Shown: positions 24,501 through 33,566 of the stretch, one piece after another
Numbering within the stretch: the first letter of the stretch is position 1
Layout: each line of letters begins with the position of its first letter
Assembly (NCBI GenBank): GCA_965279035.1
Contig: OZ257142.1
Coordinates: 4,136,667 to 4,200,666, forward strand
Origin: Bacteroidia bacterium
GTDB taxonomy: Bacteria > Bacteroidota > Bacteroidia > M30B66
DNA: 64,000 nt
Reading direction: 5' to 3'
Made by a program: the position numbers and the translations under genes
The notes under the pieces: model-generated
What the model was told of the DNA's origin: nothing
The model's database searches: none
Seen by the model: the letters and a program-made list of their open reading frames with translations, nothing else

Positions 24501-25079
24501 ATGAATTCTATGATGCAATTGCGTTTTACACTTATTATTTGTCTTTTTTGTTCCGTCGGGAAAATCAATTCACAAACAGAGTTTGGTGAATCATTTAAAA
24601 GTCACCTATATGTGGGGGGGACATTTGGACTTGGTTTTGGCACATATACCAATATCGATTTATCGCCATTAGTGGGATACAATATTAATAGACATTTTTC
24701 GGCGGGAGTAGGAATGACCTATATGTACTATGCATATCGATATGGAAATGAGAGTGTACGTGGGAATTTTTATGGAGGTAGATTATTTACCAGGATACTT
24801 CCCTTACCTGATCAGCTTCCTGGTTTGTTTTTACATGGCGAATATGAATCAATAAATAATGAACGCTATATACAAAAGGATCCTTCTTCGCCTTATGTTT
24901 TAGCAAGAGCATGGACTCCAGCAATTTTAATTGGAGCTGGATTTAGGCAACAAGCGGGTGCAAATTCTTATTTTACTGTATCTATTCTTTATAATTTGAA
25001 AGATACTGGAACTGCATCGAGTACTATCTATGGTGGACCTCTTATCTATAGAGTAGGATTTGTATTTGGATTATATTGA
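24501..25079 (+). CDS. Putative outer-membrane beta-barrel protein
   Basis: Signal peptide, alternating Gly/aromatic strands, C-terminal YRVGFVFGLY. Confidence 0.7.
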   Translation: MNSMMQLRFTLIICLFCSVGKINSQTEFGESFKSHLYVGGTFGLGFGTYTNIDLSPLVGYNINRHFSAGVGMTYMYYAYRYGNESVRGNFYGGRLFTRILPLPDQLPGLFLHGEYESINNERYIQKDPSSPYVLARAWTPAILIGAGFRQQAGANSYFTVSILYNLKDTGTASSTIYGGPLIYRVGFVFGLY

Positions 25080-25151
25080 ATTTTAGGATGATTGCCTTAA
25101 GAAATTAAGAAAGTAACTGAGATTTAGTTCAAATCTTTTTTGTTTCAAAAT

Positions 25152-25233
25152 GCGGTAAGGATTGAGTGGATAGCCCGAAGTGTGGTTGCATGTGTGAAAG
25201 CCGGACTATAAACGAAAGCCTGGACACCGCCCA
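25152..25233 (+). ncRNA. Flavo-1-like structured RNA/repeat, divergent copy 2
   Basis: GCGGT-AAGGATTGAGTGGATAGCCCG...CGGACTATAAACGAAAGCCTGGAC-ACCGC-CCA; same outer stem, GGATTG and GAAAGCC landmarks as copies 1 and 3. Confidence 0.5.
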
Positions 25234-25254
25234 AATTCTAAAATGATTTAACAT

Positions 25255-25285
25255 AAAAAAAGCAGCCCAGTAGAGCTGCTCTTTT
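25255..25285 (-). terminator. Terminator downstream of pepC (possibly bidirectional)
   Basis: AGCAGC...GCTGCT hairpin with an A-tract on the left and a T-rich run on the right. Confidence 0.75.
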
Positions 25286-25306
25286 AAATTAACCTAAGAA
25301 ATGGCT

Positions 25307-26467
25307 TTAAATATTGAGTTTTTTGGCGATATCAGAAGGGATTGATTTTTTATGCACCATGATGCAGGTTGTTTTATACCGTAAGTAAGAGGACGAACAA
25401 TAGAAATATCCACCACAATCGTTGTTATCGGTACCCCAAGAATTTTTAACAATATAATATTTTGTTCCGTTTTGATCTTTTGCAATCCCTACGATATGCA
25501 TTCCATGATCGTCTTGCGTACTTAAATCGTTGAAACTTTGTTGACGCATTTCTTGAGTTATGAGTTTTTGAGCAACTGGTTTTTTGAATGCGGCTTCTTT
25601 CATTTCTTTTGTAACATCGGACCAATCAGCATCGGGAACGATTGCCAATCCATTACGATGAGAAAAGCCAGGTTCGCTTACATCGGAAGCCCAAGCAACT
25701 GTATATCCTGAATTTAGCGCATTATCGACAATTTGCTCCATTTCGTCGAGTTGTACATTGTAAACCATATTCCAAGCCCAGTTGTCGGGAACTTCGAGGA
25801 CAAATGGTTTATAAAAGGGATGATGAGTAAATGAACTAATTTCAATGTAGTCATCCGCTTTAATTCCTAGAGAAGCAGCATAATCGATTGGAGAAATTTG
25901 TTTTGCTTCGGTGGTAATTTTATCGGGAACAGCACCTAAGTATGCATCGAGTACTCCATTGATTGCTTTTTGCCAAGCTGGATTCATTTTACCGTCTTTT
26001 AACTTAATCATAGAGTTGAGCATTCCCGTCAAGACTTCTTCCATTTCGCTGTGTTGATGCTCTTTTTGACCATAAGCAAAACCAGAATAGGAAGCATCTG
26101 GCATCAATCCATATTGACGAATAACATTGATTACATCATGAAAGGCGCCACCTTGACTGAAATTGGTTTTCCCCATCATCCGAACATATTTTTCGGCTTT
26201 CAATTCATATGCTTTACGAGCAATAAACATTTCAGAAAGGTTGACTTTCCCTTTCCCCATGCGCTCAATCTCAGATTCTAGGAATGAAAGAGAAGAAAAA
26301 CTCCAGCATGTTCCTGTATTGCCTTGGTCTTTTACTTCGGTATTTCCAATTTCTTTGACAATGGTGAATTGATATTCTGAATCTTTTTTATTGGTTCGAG
26401 TTTGTCCGAAAACAACAGTACTGAAAAGACAGGCTGCAATAGAGAGTTTAAAAATGTGTTTTTTCAT
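25307..26467 (-). CDS. pepC: Secreted cysteine aminopeptidase (papain-like C1B / PepC)
   Basis: Signal peptide; DQGNTGTCWSF (catalytic Cys), DDHGMHIVG (His), VKNSWG (Asn). Confidence 0.9.
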   Translation of the reverse strand: MKKHIFKLSIAACLFSTVVFGQTRTNKKDSEYQFTIVKEIGNTEVKDQGNTGTCWSFSSLSFLESEIERMGKGKVNLSEMFIARKAYELKAEKYVRMMGKTNFSQGGAFHDVINVIRQYGLMPDASYSGFAYGQKEHQHSEMEEVLTGMLNSMIKLKDGKMNPAWQKAINGVLDAYLGAVPDKITTEAKQISPIDYAASLGIKADDYIEISSFTHHPFYKPFVLEVPDNWAWNMVYNVQLDEMEQIVDNALNSGYTVAWASDVSEPGFSHRNGLAIVPDADWSDVTKEMKEAAFKKPVAQKLITQEMRQQSFNDLSTQDDHGMHIVGIAKDQNGTKYYIVKNSWGTDNNDCGGYFYCSSSYLRYKTTCIMVHKKSIPSDIAKKLNI

Positions 26468-26549
26468 GATTGGAATTGATGGTTTTGCTTTAGTGGTAAT
26501 ACAAAAGAAATGAAAGCATTGAAAATTTCAACGTTTCACGGGTTAAAAA

Positions 26550-27113
26550 TCATTTATTATTAAAGGCTGTCATTGTATGAGCAACACCGATGGAAGAAAA
26601 ACTACGAATGAGATCAGCACATTTTTCCATTCGTTCGCTCATTTTCTGTTTTTCTTCCTCGTTCCAAGAATCTAATACATAATTCACTTGATGGCCTTTA
26701 TTGAATTCATTCCCAATGCCGAATCTAAGACGGGCATAGTCGCTTCGATTGGTAACAAGTTGAATATTTTTCAATCCATTGTGACCACCGTCAGAACCTT
26801 TCGCTCTTAGTCGAATTGTTCCAAAAGGTAAGGCGAGATCGTCGGTAATAACCAGGAGATTTTCGAAAGCGATTTTTTCTTGCTGAAGCCAATATTGAAC
26901 TGCTTTACCGCTTAAGTTCATGTATGTATCTGGCTTGAGGAGAATTAGGTTTCTACCTTTGAATTTATAAGAAGTTAACCAACCGAGCTTCACTTTTTCG
27001 AATGATAAACCTTCTTTTTTAGCCAGATTATCTAAAACGCTAAAGCCGACATTATGGCGAGTATTCTCGTATTCAGAGCCCGGATTTCCAAGACCGACAA
27101 TGAGGTATTTCAT
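26550..27113 (-). CDS. pth: Peptidyl-tRNA hydrolase
   Basis: LIVGLGNPG..Y..TRHNVGF, KPDTYMNLSG, GGHNGL. Confidence 0.98.
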   Translation of the reverse strand: MKYLIVGLGNPGSEYENTRHNVGFSVLDNLAKKEGLSFEKVKLGWLTSYKFKGRNLILLKPDTYMNLSGKAVQYWLQQEKIAFENLLVITDDLALPFGTIRLRAKGSDGGHNGLKNIQLVTNRSDYARLRFGIGNEFNKGHQVNYVLDSWNEEEKQKMSERMEKCADLIRSFSSIGVAHTMTAFNNK

Positions 27114-27137
27114 TTTACAAAATAAATCGAATTAGAA

Positions 27138-27171
27138 TAAAAAAAGCCGGTACAATTTGCACCGGCTTTTC
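27138..27171 (-). terminator. Terminator after rplY
   Basis: AAAGCCGGTGCAAATTGTACCGGCTTT followed by a T-tract on the minus strand. Confidence 0.85.
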
Positions 27172-27189
27172 AATAAAATACTATTGAAA

Positions 27190-27765
27190 TTATTTTTTCG
27201 CATCATCAGCTGCTTGACGAGATGCACGCGTTGCAGTTACTGCAACAACATCTACGTTTTGAGCATCTAAAAGAGTTAATCCGGGAACTGATATTTCACG
27301 GACTTTAACACCTTGACCAATTTCAAGAGGTGTAATATCGATTGAAATAAAATCTGGAAGGTCTTTCAAAAGAGCACGAACTTTTAATTTACGAAGTTTC
27401 GTTACCAAATTACCACCTGCACGAACGCCTGAAGAATTTCCAATTGTACGAACAGGAATTTGAATGATTAAAGGTTTAGTTTCATTCAACTGAAGAAAAT
27501 CGGCATGAAGAACTTTGTCGGTTAGGTTATGATATTGAATATCCTGAAGCACTGCTTTGAATGCTTTTCCGTCGATTTCTAGTTCTACAGTGTGCACATC
27601 AGGGGTGAACAAAAGAGGTTTGAAATCGGCTTCTTTCACTGAAAAGTGAGTTTGCGTTTCGCTACCATAAAGTACGCAAGGAACAAGTCCTTCGACACGT
27701 AGCGCTTTTGCATCTTTTTTCCCTACGTTCGTGCGAGACGAACCGCTCATAAAGACTGCTTTCAT
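27190..27765 (-). CDS. rplY: 50S ribosomal protein L25 / general stress protein Ctc
   Basis: LRVEGLVPCVLYG, DIQYH..LHADF, Ctc C-terminal domain; conserved prs-rplY-pth order. Confidence 0.96.
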   Translation of the reverse strand: MKAVFMSGSSRTNVGKKDAKALRVEGLVPCVLYGSETQTHFSVKEADFKPLLFTPDVHTVELEIDGKAFKAVLQDIQYHNLTDKVLHADFLQLNETKPLIIQIPVRTIGNSSGVRAGGNLVTKLRKLKVRALLKDLPDFISIDITPLEIGQGVKVREISVPGLTLLDAQNVDVVAVTATRASRQAADDAKK

Positions 27766-27801
27766 AGTTATTTGAATTGAATTGGTTACAGATTAAAAAA
27801 A

Positions 27802-28755
27802 TTAGCAGATAAAGTTTGAACTGATACTTTCATAATTGTGCACTTTGTGAATTACATCGGCGAACAAATCTGCCACAGAAAGTACTTTTATTTTTGATGA
27901 TTCCTGTTTGAGGGGAATCGTGTTGGTAACGACTAGTTCGGTGATTTTAGATGCTTCGAGTCTTTCGAATGCTTTACCAGAAAGAACAGGATGAGTACAA
28001 AATGCGCGAACAGAATTAGCTCCTCTGTCCATAATCATATCGGCAGCCATAGTGATTGTTCCCGCAGTGTCGATGATATCATCAACAAGAACAACATCGC
28101 GCCCTTCTACTTCTCCAATGAGTGTCATCTTATCCACTTTGTTGGCTACTTTACGCTCTTTGTAACAAATAGCCATACTTGAATTCAGGTATTTAGCATA
28201 AGCGTTTGCACGTTTACTTCCTCCCATATCAGGAGCTGCCATGCATAGATTGGGCAGGTTTAAGCTTTGAATGTATGGGATGAAAATAGAAGAGGAATAT
28301 AAGTGATCAACAGGTACATCGAAAAAACCTTGAATTTGGTCTGCGTGCAGATCCATGGTGATGATGCGAGTAGCACCTGCTGCTTGTAAAAGATTGGCAA
28401 CTAATTTAGCTCCAATAGCAACACGTGGTTTGTCTTTTCGATCTTGGCGAGCAAATCCCATGTACGGGATAACGGCGATGATTTGTTGAGCAGATGCTCT
28501 TTTTGCTGCATCAATCATGAGTAATAACTCAAAAAGATTTTCTGCAGGAGGAAACGTACTTTGAATGATAAACATATCGCTGCCACGAATACTTTCTTCG
28601 AAAGCAGTTTGAAATTCACCGTCATTAAAACGAGTAAAGGCGACCTTCCCCAGATCAGTACCGTATACCTTTGCGATTTGCTCAGAAAGGTAGTGTGAAG
28701 CAGTTCCAGAGAAAAGCTTTACGGAAACATTATTTAAGAAAGATACTTCATCCAT
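27802..28755 (-). CDS. prs: Ribose-phosphate pyrophosphokinase
   Basis: RFNDGE, PYMGFARQDRK, MDLHADQIQGFF, LVDDIIDTAGT. Confidence 0.98.
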   Translation of the reverse strand: MDEVSFLNNVSVKLFSGTASHYLSEQIAKVYGTDLGKVAFTRFNDGEFQTAFEESIRGSDMFIIQSTFPPAENLFELLLMIDAAKRASAQQIIAVIPYMGFARQDRKDKPRVAIGAKLVANLLQAAGATRIITMDLHADQIQGFFDVPVDHLYSSSIFIPYIQSLNLPNLCMAAPDMGGSKRANAYAKYLNSSMAICYKERKVANKVDKMTLIGEVEGRDVVLVDDIIDTAGTITMAADMIMDRGANSVRAFCTHPVLSGKAFERLEASKITELVVTNTIPLKQESSKIKVLSVADLFADVIHKVHNYESISSNFIC

Positions 28756-28914
28756 AATAGCGCGCGAAATTAGGGAAATTCAAAACGGCTAGCAAGCAGA
28801 AACTCATTAAATGATAGATGTATTTCGATAAAAGCAGAAAAAAAATCAAATGATGTAGATATTGAAGGAAATCCGGTTATTTTTGCAGCCCTGTTTAAGC
28901 AGGATATCAAGAAT

Positions 28915-28996
28915 GCCCAGATGGCGGAATTGGTAGACGCGTTGGTCTCAAACACCAATATCGCGAGATGTGCCGGTTCGATCCCGGCTCTGGGTA
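28915..28996 (+). tRNA. tRNA-Leu (CAA), intact
   Basis: GCCCAGATGGCGGAATTGGTAGACGCGTTGGTCTCAAACACCAATATCGCGAGATGTGCCGGTTCGATCCCGGCTCTGGGTA; long variable arm; promoter-like TATTTTTG at 28878-28885. Confidence 0.97.
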
Positions 28997-28999
28997 CAT

Positions 29000-29030
29000 G
29001 AAAGCAGCTTTTTTAAGCTGCTTTTTTTAT
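29000..29030 (+). terminator. Terminator after tRNA-Leu
   Basis: AAAGCAGCTT-TTTT-AAGCTGCTTT followed by a T-tract. Confidence 0.9.
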
Positions 29031-29234
29031 TTCCCGAATTGCTGTTCTGATAGTAAAAGGAACAATTCTGAATATGGAAAACTCTTAAATGCTATTTTGA
29101 TTTTTTGCTAAGTGAGCACGGCACAAAGAAATTTAATTAAATAGATTTCTATATAATTTTGAGAATAGAACAGTATTTATACTTTTTATAAGTGATTTAG
29201 CGATTTTATTTTGGGGGATCATTAAATTAGGCAT

Positions 29235-29519
29235 ATGGCTGTTTTATACATATTATATTCTGAAAAATTAGACCTTTACTACACTGGTAATTGCTTGTCA
29301 TTTGAAACTCGATTTGAAAACCACTTGAATAAAAGTTTTTCGAAAAGCTATACAACAAATGCAAATGATTGGAAACCTGTTCTCATTATTGAAGATCTAG
29401 AATATAAGCAGGCAAGATTTATAGAAAGACATATAAAGAGAATGAAATCAAAAGATTTCATTCTTAACTTAAAAAAATATCCTGAATTAACGATTAAGTT
29501 AATTCATCTCTACAAATAA
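29235..29519 (+). CDS. Short stand-alone GIY-YIG nuclease (UPF0213/Slx1-like)
   Basis: LYILYS...YYTG, TRFENH and ARFIERHIK supply the Tyr, Tyr, Arg, His and Glu catalytic set. Confidence 0.9.
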   Translation: MAVLYILYSEKLDLYYTGNCLSFETRFENHLNKSFSKSYTTNANDWKPVLIIEDLEYKQARFIERHIKRMKSKDFILNLKKYPELTIKLIHLYK

Positions 29520-29523
29520 TGCA

Positions 29524-29663
29524 GGCGGCTCCGATAATTATCGGAGTGGTAGACGCGTTGGTCTCAAACACCAATATCGCGAGATGTGCCGTTCCGATAG
29601 GTATCGGAACGATCCCGGCTCTGGGTACATGAAAGCAGCTTTTTTAAGCTGCTTTTTTTATTT
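29524..29663 (+). pseudogene. Duplicated tRNA-Leu(CAA) plus terminator, 5' end missing, interrupted by two 18-nt palindromes
   Basis: Matches ~28923-29033 except AAT replaced by CTCCGATAATTATCGGAG (29529-29546), GTT replaced by TTCCGATAGGTATCGGAA (29592-29609), and one fewer T in the terminator tract. Confidence 0.93.
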
Positions 29664-29713
29664 TACGATGTTCATCCGACAGGTTGCTGAACACCACGAT
29701 AAAACGAATATCT

Positions 29714-30106
29714 ATGAATCACATCAAACTAGTCGAAACGATTTTCTTTGTTAAGGATCAGCAAAAAAGCACTGAATTTTATAAATCTATTTTTCGCAAA
29801 AACCCAGATTTAAATGTACCTGGGATGACCGAGTTTGTACTAGCCGAAAATTTCAAACTAGGTCTAATGCCAAATAAAAGTATCGCAAAAATACTATTAG
29901 ATAAGTTGCCAAATCCAGAACTTGGTAATGGAATTCCTAGATGTGAACTTTATTTATATGTTGAAAATATTGAACTTGAATATGATAACGCTATTAAAAG
30001 TGGAGCAAAATTAATCAGCTCAGTTCAAGACAGAGATTGGGGAGACAAGGCTTGTTATTTTGCTGATATTGATGGGCATGTAATAGCTTTCGCTACAAAA
30101 CTATAA
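29714..30106 (+). CDS. VOC/glyoxalase family protein
   Basis: IFFVKDQQKSTEFY...ELYLYVEN...DRDWGDKACYFADIDGHVI. Confidence 0.88.
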   Translation: MNHIKLVETIFFVKDQQKSTEFYKSIFRKNPDLNVPGMTEFVLAENFKLGLMPNKSIAKILLDKLPNPELGNGIPRCELYLYVENIELEYDNAIKSGAKLISSVQDRDWGDKACYFADIDGHVIAFATKL

Positions 30107-30113
30107 TGTATGC

Positions 30114-33100
30114 TTACTTTAATAAGGTAACATTTCCTTGAACAACTTTATCTTCTCCCAATAAACTTCGGGCAGATAAACGCCATACATAGTTGCCTAT
30201 AGGAGCATCTCCGGGATTCCATCCAATATTGGGTTTGTCCGAAGCAAATAACTCTTGTCCCCAACGATTGAACACTTTAAATTCAAAACGTTCTCTTGCA
30301 CATCCAGAACAAATGGGGATAAACAAATCATTTAATCCATCATTGTTGGGAGTAAATCCAGTTGGGACAAACACTTGAAAATCTTCTACAACAACAATTT
30401 GTTCTTTTAAATTGACTTCACATCCTTGATCTGTGGTAACAAAATAATTTACCAAATAAATGCCTGTATCGGGCATATGTAAAGAAACAGTATCTCCGTA
30501 AAAAGTCCCAAGAACATCAACGTTCCAAGTTTCATTTTGTCCACCTTGAGTGTAACTAACTAAATGAATATCGGGTTTTGAAAGTGTTGTTATTGATGGA
30601 GAAATTGTAATACTTACTTCGGGTTTAGGCAGAATTTCAATAAAATTAACTACAGTATTCGTTCCTGTACAGCCAATGACATCCACCAATTTTAGCGAAA
30701 TAGTATAGAGTCCTTCTTGCACATATTCATGAGATGGTAACGCAGAACTTGATGAAGTACCATCACCGAAAGTCCATGCATAACTAAAAGGAGCAATTCC
30801 TGAAGTTGAAGCAGTAAAATGAATTGTGGATGGTAAGCAATCTCGAATGAGATCAGCATTGATAACAGGAACAGGCAATGGCCTTACTAAGACATCTTTA
30901 CTAGCCATAGGAATTGCTGGTGGGCATGATGAATTAACCGTTACAGTATAATTGCCTGAAGTAGTGATATCGATGGATTGTGATGTAGAACCATTACTCC
31001 ATAAATATGTATATGGTCCTGTTGATGCAGTAAGAGTTACAGAACCTCCTTCACAAAACTCTAATGGTCCAGAAGCCGTAATGCTTGGATTTCCAGCTAA
31101 AGGAGTAACGTCAACTTGAATTGGAGAAGAGGATGGTGACACACACCCGTTTGGATCAGTATAAGTAGCGGTGTATTGTCCAGTTGTATTTACAGTGATA
31201 GAGTTAGTTGTTGCTCCATTATTCCAATGAATTCCATTTAGTTGATTTGCTTGTAATGTGGCTGAACCACCTTGGCAAAAGTTTAAAGACCCTATTGAAG
31301 AAATAATTGGAGGAGCAGGTGTTGGATTAACAGTAACATTAACTGATGCCGATACGGGAGAAACACAACCATTCACGTCCATTATTCGGACATTAAATGT
31401 TCCATTTTGTGAAACGGTGACTGAAGATGTTGTTGCTCCATTACTCCAAAGATAACTTGCTCCAGAACTTGAAGTTAGAACAATGTTTTGTCCTGAACAT
31501 AGGGTTATTGGACCAGCTGGATTAATTACTGGAGCGGGAGGTTGATTAAAAACGGTGATTGTTATTGGAGATGAAGTTGGTGAAACGCAGCCATTTAAGT
31601 CGGTAACGGTTAATGTATAATTAGTAGTAGAATTCGGTGTGGCAATAGGATTTGAAATTGTTGCATCTGACAAACCTGTTGAAGGATACCATTGGTAAAC
31701 AGATCCACCAGATCCATTTAACTGAGCACCAGCACCGGAACAATTAGCAGCACCAAGTCCTGGATTTGCTATAGGTAAAGCGTTAACAGTAACAATAACT
31801 TGATCGCTTGCAGTACATCCATCGACAGAAGTTCCTGTAACAGTATATGTTTGAGAAGCCGATGAAGATGCAACTGGATTAGCTATAGTAGTAGAACTTA
31901 ATCCTGTTGAAGGGCTCCAGCTATAAGTAGCTGCACCTGTAGCTAAAAGAGCTGTTTGTCCACCAAAGCAATAGGAAGTATCATTTCCAGCAAAAACAGA
32001 TGGCAATGGATTAACTGTTACTGTGTAATTGGCAGTAGCAGCACAGGCTGTGCTTGAGCTAGGAGAAGTAACTATGTATGTTGTAGTTGCTGTTGGACTT
32101 GCAATTACTGAACTACCAGTAGCTGCAGAAAGAGTTGTAACAGGAGACCAGTTATAGGTTGATCCACCAGAAACGTTTAGAGTTACGTTTTCCCCAGGGC
32201 AAATGGAATTATCAGAGCCTGAAATATTGAGTGTTGCTGCTGGAAGTGCATTCACTGTAATTGTTCCTGTACCATGACAACCAATGGCATTAGTACCAGT
32301 AACTGTAAAAGTTGTATTACCTGCTATTGTTGCAGTTGCAGGATTTGTTGTTGCGTTTGTAAAAGCAGTTGCAGGTGACCAAGCATAGGTAAGGTTTGTT
32401 CCTCCCGATGCAGTTAAAGTAAATGGAGTACCCGCACAAACTGGGTTTTGCGATGCTGCAACGGTTAAATTAATAGGTGGAATTACAGTAACGGTAACTG
32501 GAACTCGAGGAGTAGTGCAAGGACCAAAAGTAGCTTGGACGTAATACGTAGTTGTAGTATTTAAGACAGGAGTTGTAAACGTTGCTCCCAAAGCAATTTG
32601 AGTTGTACTCGTTGCATTTAAGTACCAACGAATTATTCCTTGAGCAGTAGCGGTAATGGTTGTAGAAGTCCCGGCGCAAATTGTTTGATTAGAAACTTGA
32701 ACATTTGCCGCTGTGTTAGAAACAACATTTACATTGTATTCTTCCACTTCACCTACTTGGAGATTTGATGGACTTGGAAGATTACATGGATTTGATGGAA
32801 CAGTATTATACATGCATCGAACACGCATTCTAGTTGTTCCAATTAATGCTGTTGCGGGAACTTGAATTGTTCCAGTATAAACACTATTACTTGAACCACC
32901 GGAATTGTAAACATATTCACCCGCATCAGAATAATCTAAATCTTGATTCCAATCGATCCAAATTCCAAATCCTTGTGGAAAATCACCTAGGGAATTACCA
33001 CTTTGCATGGAAACATTAAACGAACAGCCCTGTGTGGCTGTAACGGTCATGTTTGAGTAATAGATAAAATTGTTAGGCTGCCCATTACAAGCAGTATTAT

Positions 33101-33299
33101 TATTAACGATATTGGTAATTCCGTTGCTAGTAGAAAAATTATTGATGAAATCGGCAGTTACTTCGGGGCTACTTTGAAAACAAGGGTAATTGTATTGAGG
33201 AGCACAATATTGAGCATGAAGTTTCCCTGAAAAGGCAATAGTAGCTAGTGCTACCAGCAAAAGTAAGTATATCAGACTTTTATGTGAAACGATGTTCAT
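30114..33299 (-). CDS. T9SS-secreted surface protein (GEVED domain, Ig-like/PKD repeats, type-B gliding-associated CTD)
   Basis: WIDWNQD...TRMRV...GEVEEY; repeated YxWSPxTGLS and YLWSNG modules; WTFGDG PKD; C-terminal VPTGFTPNNDGLND...VFNRWG...GNVTLLK. Confidence 0.92.
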   Translation of the reverse strand: MNIVSHKSLIYLLLLVALATIAFSGKLHAQYCAPQYNYPCFQSSPEVTADFINNFSTSNGITNIVNNNTACNGQPNNFIYYSNMTVTATQGCSFNVSMQSGNSLGDFPQGFGIWIDWNQDLDYSDAGEYVYNSGGSSNSVYTGTIQVPATALIGTTRMRVRCMYNTVPSNPCNLPSPSNLQVGEVEEYNVNVVSNTAANVQVSNQTICAGTSTTITATAQGIIRWYLNATSTTQIALGATFTTPVLNTTTTYYVQATFGPCTTPRVPVTVTVIPPINLTVAASQNPVCAGTPFTLTASGGTNLTYAWSPATAFTNATTNPATATIAGNTTFTVTGTNAIGCHGTGTITVNALPAATLNISGSDNSICPGENVTLNVSGGSTYNWSPVTTLSAATGSSVIASPTATTTYIVTSPSSSTACAATANYTVTVNPLPSVFAGNDTSYCFGGQTALLATGAATYSWSPSTGLSSTTIANPVASSSASQTYTVTGTSVDGCTASDQVIVTVNALPIANPGLGAANCSGAGAQLNGSGGSVYQWYPSTGLSDATISNPIATPNSTTNYTLTVTDLNGCVSPTSSPITITVFNQPPAPVINPAGPITLCSGQNIVLTSSSGASYLWSNGATTSSVTVSQNGTFNVRIMDVNGCVSPVSASVNVTVNPTPAPPIISSIGSLNFCQGGSATLQANQLNGIHWNNGATTNSITVNTTGQYTATYTDPNGCVSPSSSPIQVDVTPLAGNPSITASGPLEFCEGGSVTLTASTGPYTYLWSNGSTSQSIDITTSGNYTVTVNSSCPPAIPMASKDVLVRPLPVPVINADLIRDCLPSTIHFTASTSGIAPFSYAWTFGDGTSSSSALPSHEYVQEGLYTISLKLVDVIGCTGTNTVVNFIEILPKPEVSITISPSITTLSKPDIHLVSYTQGGQNETWNVDVLGTFYGDTVSLHMPDTGIYLVNYFVTTDQGCEVNLKEQIVVVEDFQVFVPTGFTPNNDGLNDLFIPICSGCARERFEFKVFNRWGQELFASDKPNIGWNPGDAPIGNYVWRLSARSLLGEDKVVQGNVTLLK

Positions 33300-33359
33300 T
33301 ACCCTGCTAATATAGAAAGAATGAAGATACTTCCATTCAAATTAACATTGGATTAACGT

Positions 33360-33566
33360 TTATTCTACTTTGCCCTCCATCTGCTTAATTATCAAGTTGA
33401 TCTCTTTTTCTGTTGATCTTAAACGAAGTTGACAAAATTCGATGAGTTCGGACGCTCTTTTTACTTTTTCTGCTAGAACATCAACTGTAACAGATTCATT
33501 GTCAATTGCCGCTGCAATTTCTTTTAATTCAGCAAATGCTTTTTCATAAGTTAAGGTTGCTGCCAT
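33360..33566 (-). CDS. xseB: Exodeoxyribonuclease VII small subunit
   Basis: LTYEKAFAELKEI...LAEKVKRASELIEFCQLRL; overlaps the xseA 3' end. Confidence 0.93.
   Translation of the reverse strand: MAATLTYEKAFAELKEIAAAIDNESVTVDVLAEKVKRASELIEFCQLRLRSTEKEINLIIKQMEGKVE

Noticed and set aside
29524-29627. Functional intron-containing tRNA
   Set aside because: The 5' acceptor strand is missing and native loop nucleotides are deleted, so removing the inserts would not restore a tRNA.
28915-29663. Prophage or integrative island attL/attR
   Set aside because: Only ~500 bp lie between the repeats, with no recombinase or phage genes; kept as a finding under a different model, though a fully decayed island cannot be excluded.
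30114-33299. Internal repeats of the T9SS protein as a novel repeat system
   Set aside because: Diverged Ig-like/PKD domain repeats are typical of Bacteroidota surface proteins.
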